Source of the DNA: a virus
Taxonomy: Duplodnaviria > Caudoviricetes
IMG/VR virus record: IMGVR_UViG_3300037462_000184
Location: 1-59,738 of that record
Length of the DNA stretch: 59,738 nucleotides
Reading direction: 5' to 3' (one strand)
A model generated the notes under the pieces. That model searched no databases and had not been told where the DNA came from. It worked only from the letters and a program-made list of their open reading frames with translations. Below, one piece after another: positions 57,760 through 59,738 of this stretch; within the stretch, counting starts at the first letter, position 1, and the number at the start of each line of letters is the position of its first letter. The position numbers and the translations under genes were made by a program.

Positions 57760-57783
57760 TCGTCCATCAACACGGAGCCAGCC

Positions 57784-58326
57784 ATGACCGAACTGACCAT
57801 GCAAGCACTGAACGCCGCCCGCCAGCGCCACCTCGAAGCCGGCAACGCTCGCGAGGCTGCCCAGCTTGGCGAGTTCATCCGTCGCGGCGCCACCTTCGCC
57901 AGCGACCGCCAGCGCGCGTTCTTCGCCGATCTGGTGAAGCGTGCCGAGCCCAAGCCCGCAAAGGCCGCTGCACCGAAGTTCCCCCGCGTGCACGCCCTTG
58001 TGTCCGGCGCGAATGGCGAGCCCGAGATGACGCTGCACGGCGAAGGCTTCAAGATCACCACGTTCAGCAGCGGCGCCGTGGGCATCGTCTCCCCGGTGTT
58101 CGGTATGGGCGTGTTCGCGATCATCGAAGCGGACGGCACCCTGCGCCAGCGCGCCGGCTTCACCGAAGCCATGGCCGAATCGCTGGCCCGCATTGAGGCA
58201 AACCCGCTTGAAGAGGCAATTCGCATCGGCAAGGCCACGGGCCGCTGCTGCGTCTGCGGCATCAAGCTCACGAACCCTGAGAGCGTCGAGCGCGGCATTG
58301 GCCCGGTCTGCGCAGAGCGTTTCTAA
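57784..58326 (+). CDS. DUF6011-like zinc-finger protein
   Basis: CCVCGIKLTNPESVERGIGPVC; GGAG RBS before ATG 57784. Confidence 0.75.
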   Translation: MTELTMQALNAARQRHLEAGNAREAAQLGEFIRRGATFASDRQRAFFADLVKRAEPKPAKAAAPKFPRVHALVSGANGEPEMTLHGEGFKITTFSSGAVGIVSPVFGMGVFAIIEADGTLRQRAGFTEAMAESLARIEANPLEEAIRIGKATGRCCVCGIKLTNPESVERGIGPVCAERF

Positions 58327-58356
58327 TCCACCCACCCACCAGAGAGAGCCAGCACC

Positions 58357-58782
58357 ATGACCAATCACACCTACATGGCATACACCATCAACGCCGACGG
58401 CAAGACCGGCACCGTTCAATTCGTCTCCGGCGACCCGGCCGATATCGTGCAGATCGTCGGCATGGCGCGGCATGACGTGTCCGTCAACGCCGATATCTAC
58501 AAAGTCGGCTACGAGTTCCCGTTGTCTGACATTGGCGTCAAGGCCCACGCCGCGACCGTCGAAGCCATCGATATCACCCCGACGTGGGGCGAGTTCGGCA
58601 ACATCGCGATCCGGCTGGCTGAAACCGGCGAGCGCAAGGCATTCGCCGGCATCAAGCCTGACTGCGCGAAGGCGTTCGCCAGCGCACAAGCCCTGAAGGA
58701 GATCACCTCGACGCTCACCCCCGAGCAGTCGAAGATCGTCGCCGCCGCGATGGTGCGCGAACTCGGCAAGATGGGCTACTGA
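58357..58782 (+). CDS. Hypothetical early protein
   Basis: 141-aa ORF with typical codon usage and purine-rich RBS. Confidence 0.7.
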   Translation: MTNHTYMAYTINADGKTGTVQFVSGDPADIVQIVGMARHDVSVNADIYKVGYEFPLSDIGVKAHAATVEAIDITPTWGEFGNIAIRLAETGERKAFAGIKPDCAKAFASAQALKEITSTLTPEQSKIVAAAMVRELGKMGY

Positions 58783-58788
58783 TTCGCC

Positions 58789-58980
58789 ATGCCCGACCCG
58801 CTGATCCCCCGCGAAGGCCAGACCGTGACAGTGCCGATCAACGGCACGCCTACAGCCTGCCGGATCCTCGCCATCGAGCCCGGCAGCCCGGTATGGGTCA
58901 GCACGCTCGCCTACCCGGACCGCGATCACTTCGTCCCGTATGCCGACGTGATCGCTGCAATCCAGCCCGCAACCCAATGA
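58789..58980 (+). CDS. Small hypothetical protein
   Basis: 63 aa, tightly packed in the operon. Confidence 0.55.
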   Translation: MPDPLIPREGQTVTVPINGTPTACRILAIEPGSPVWVSTLAYPDRDHFVPYADVIAAIQPATQ

Positions 58981-59351
58981 ACGAGAGCACCATGTACCCG
59001 CCCACCAACAAACCCACCCCGACGCCGCTTGACGATCTGCTCAAGCGGAAGGCCATCGCGGACAAGTCCAAAAAGATCGACCGATCCGTGATCTACGGCC
59101 AATGGCTCGAACAGCACTTTGATCTGGTGCACGCGCTGCTGTCCGGCACCCCGGAGCGCGCCGTCGAGATTGCCGCCCGCGCCATCAACGATGACCGCGT
59201 GCGCATCTTCGTGGACCACCCCGGCCTGTCCGTCGCGCACTTCGCCGGCAAGTATCGAATCGACACCCCGCACGAATCCCTGACGGACTGGTATGCGACC
59301 GCGAACGAAGCGATCGACGCCTATATCCGCGCACGCAACGAGCGGGGTTGA
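58977..59351 (+). CDS. Hypothetical protein
   Basis: ATGA overlap with the previous stop. Confidence 0.6.
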   Translation: MNESTMYPPTNKPTPTPLDDLLKRKAIADKSKKIDRSVIYGQWLEQHFDLVHALLSGTPERAVEIAARAINDDRVRIFVDHPGLSVAHFAGKYRIDTPHESLTDWYATANEAIDAYIRARNERG

Positions 59352-59354
59352 CCC

Positions 59355-59579
59355 ATGCCGCGCGCCCGCATCCACGACAGCGCTCAGCACAAGCAGGCCG
59401 CTTACCGCGACCGCGTGCGCTCATCCGGCGGCCGGTTCATCAAGGTTCGGCTGAACCCGGATGCTGCGGCAGTGCTCGCGGCATGGTCCGCCGGCTACAA
59501 GCAATCCGGCCGTAACGTGACGCAAAGCGAGATGATCGAGCGCCTGATCTTGGATGCCCGTTTCTCTCCGCCGGTCTGA
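59355..59579 (+). CDS. Small DNA-binding protein (ribbon-helix-helix-like)
   Basis: KQAAYRDR...IKVRL...TQSEMIERLI. Confidence 0.55.
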   Translation: MPRARIHDSAQHKQAAYRDRVRSSGGRFIKVRLNPDAAAVLAAWSAGYKQSGRNVTQSEMIERLILDARFSPPV

Positions 59580-59590
59580 CCGGCTTTTTT
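59570..59590 (+). terminator. Rho-independent terminator
   Basis: GCCGGT-CTG-ACCGGC-TTTTTT. Confidence 0.7.
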
Positions 59591-59595
59591 CGCCC

Positions 59596-59624
59596 TTGCG
59601 TCAAGTATTTTTTTACTCCATAAT
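59596..59624 (+). promoter_or_regulatory. Sigma70-type promoter
   Basis: TTGCGT-N17-CATAAT. Confidence 0.55.
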
Positions 59625-59657
59625 CCAGCAAAACTACACCACTCACAGGAGTGCACC

Positions 59658-59738
59658 ATGCCCAAGATCGACGAGTTCACCGCCGGCAGCGACAACTTCC
59701 GCAAAGTCGTGGCGGCCGAAGAGAAGTTCGATGAGACG
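59658..59738 (+). CDS. 5' end of a protein (partial)
   Basis: AGGAG RBS, then MPKIDEFTAGSDNFRK..., running off the window. Confidence 0.6.
   Translation, partial: MPKIDEFTAGSDNFRKVVAAEEKFDET

Larger units (their letters stand above)
1..59738. mobile_element. Segment of a P1-like temperate myophage (extends beyond both window ends)
   Basis: Continuous phage gene content: sheath, capsid, portal, baseplate, DarA/DarB-like proteins, lysis cassette, integrase and attP. No host genes recognised. Terminase and replication genes are not in the window. Confidence 0.93.

Overview
The whole window reads as part of one GC-rich temperate myophage with a P1-like (Punavirus-type) virion gene set. I recognised no host housekeeping genes. 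Left arm (+ strand): recombination genes, an FtsK-gamma-domain protein and a Zn-finger protein, then an unannotated array with strict 18/36-nt periodicity (3077-3445) directly upstream of a nuclease-less Nop/IS110-like protein (3475-4317). This pair looks like a TIGR-Tas (TasA-type) RNA-guided system and is the main highlight. It is followed by xis-int and an intact attP carrying the 3' half of tRNA-His. From about 6.1 to 57.6 kb (- strand): lysis cassette, sheath, capsid, tube, portal, protease, baseplate and tape-measure genes, a 1800-aa spike-fibre fusion, and a DarB/Ulx/DarA/DdrB/Hdf-like anti-restriction set. The late operons share a conserved bipartite promoter motif (11 clear copies plus 1 degenerate), several predicting leaderless mRNAs. 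Two + strand islands start from near-duplicate sigma70 promoters. All product calls come from motif recognition by eye and recalled P1 gene content; no database searches were run.
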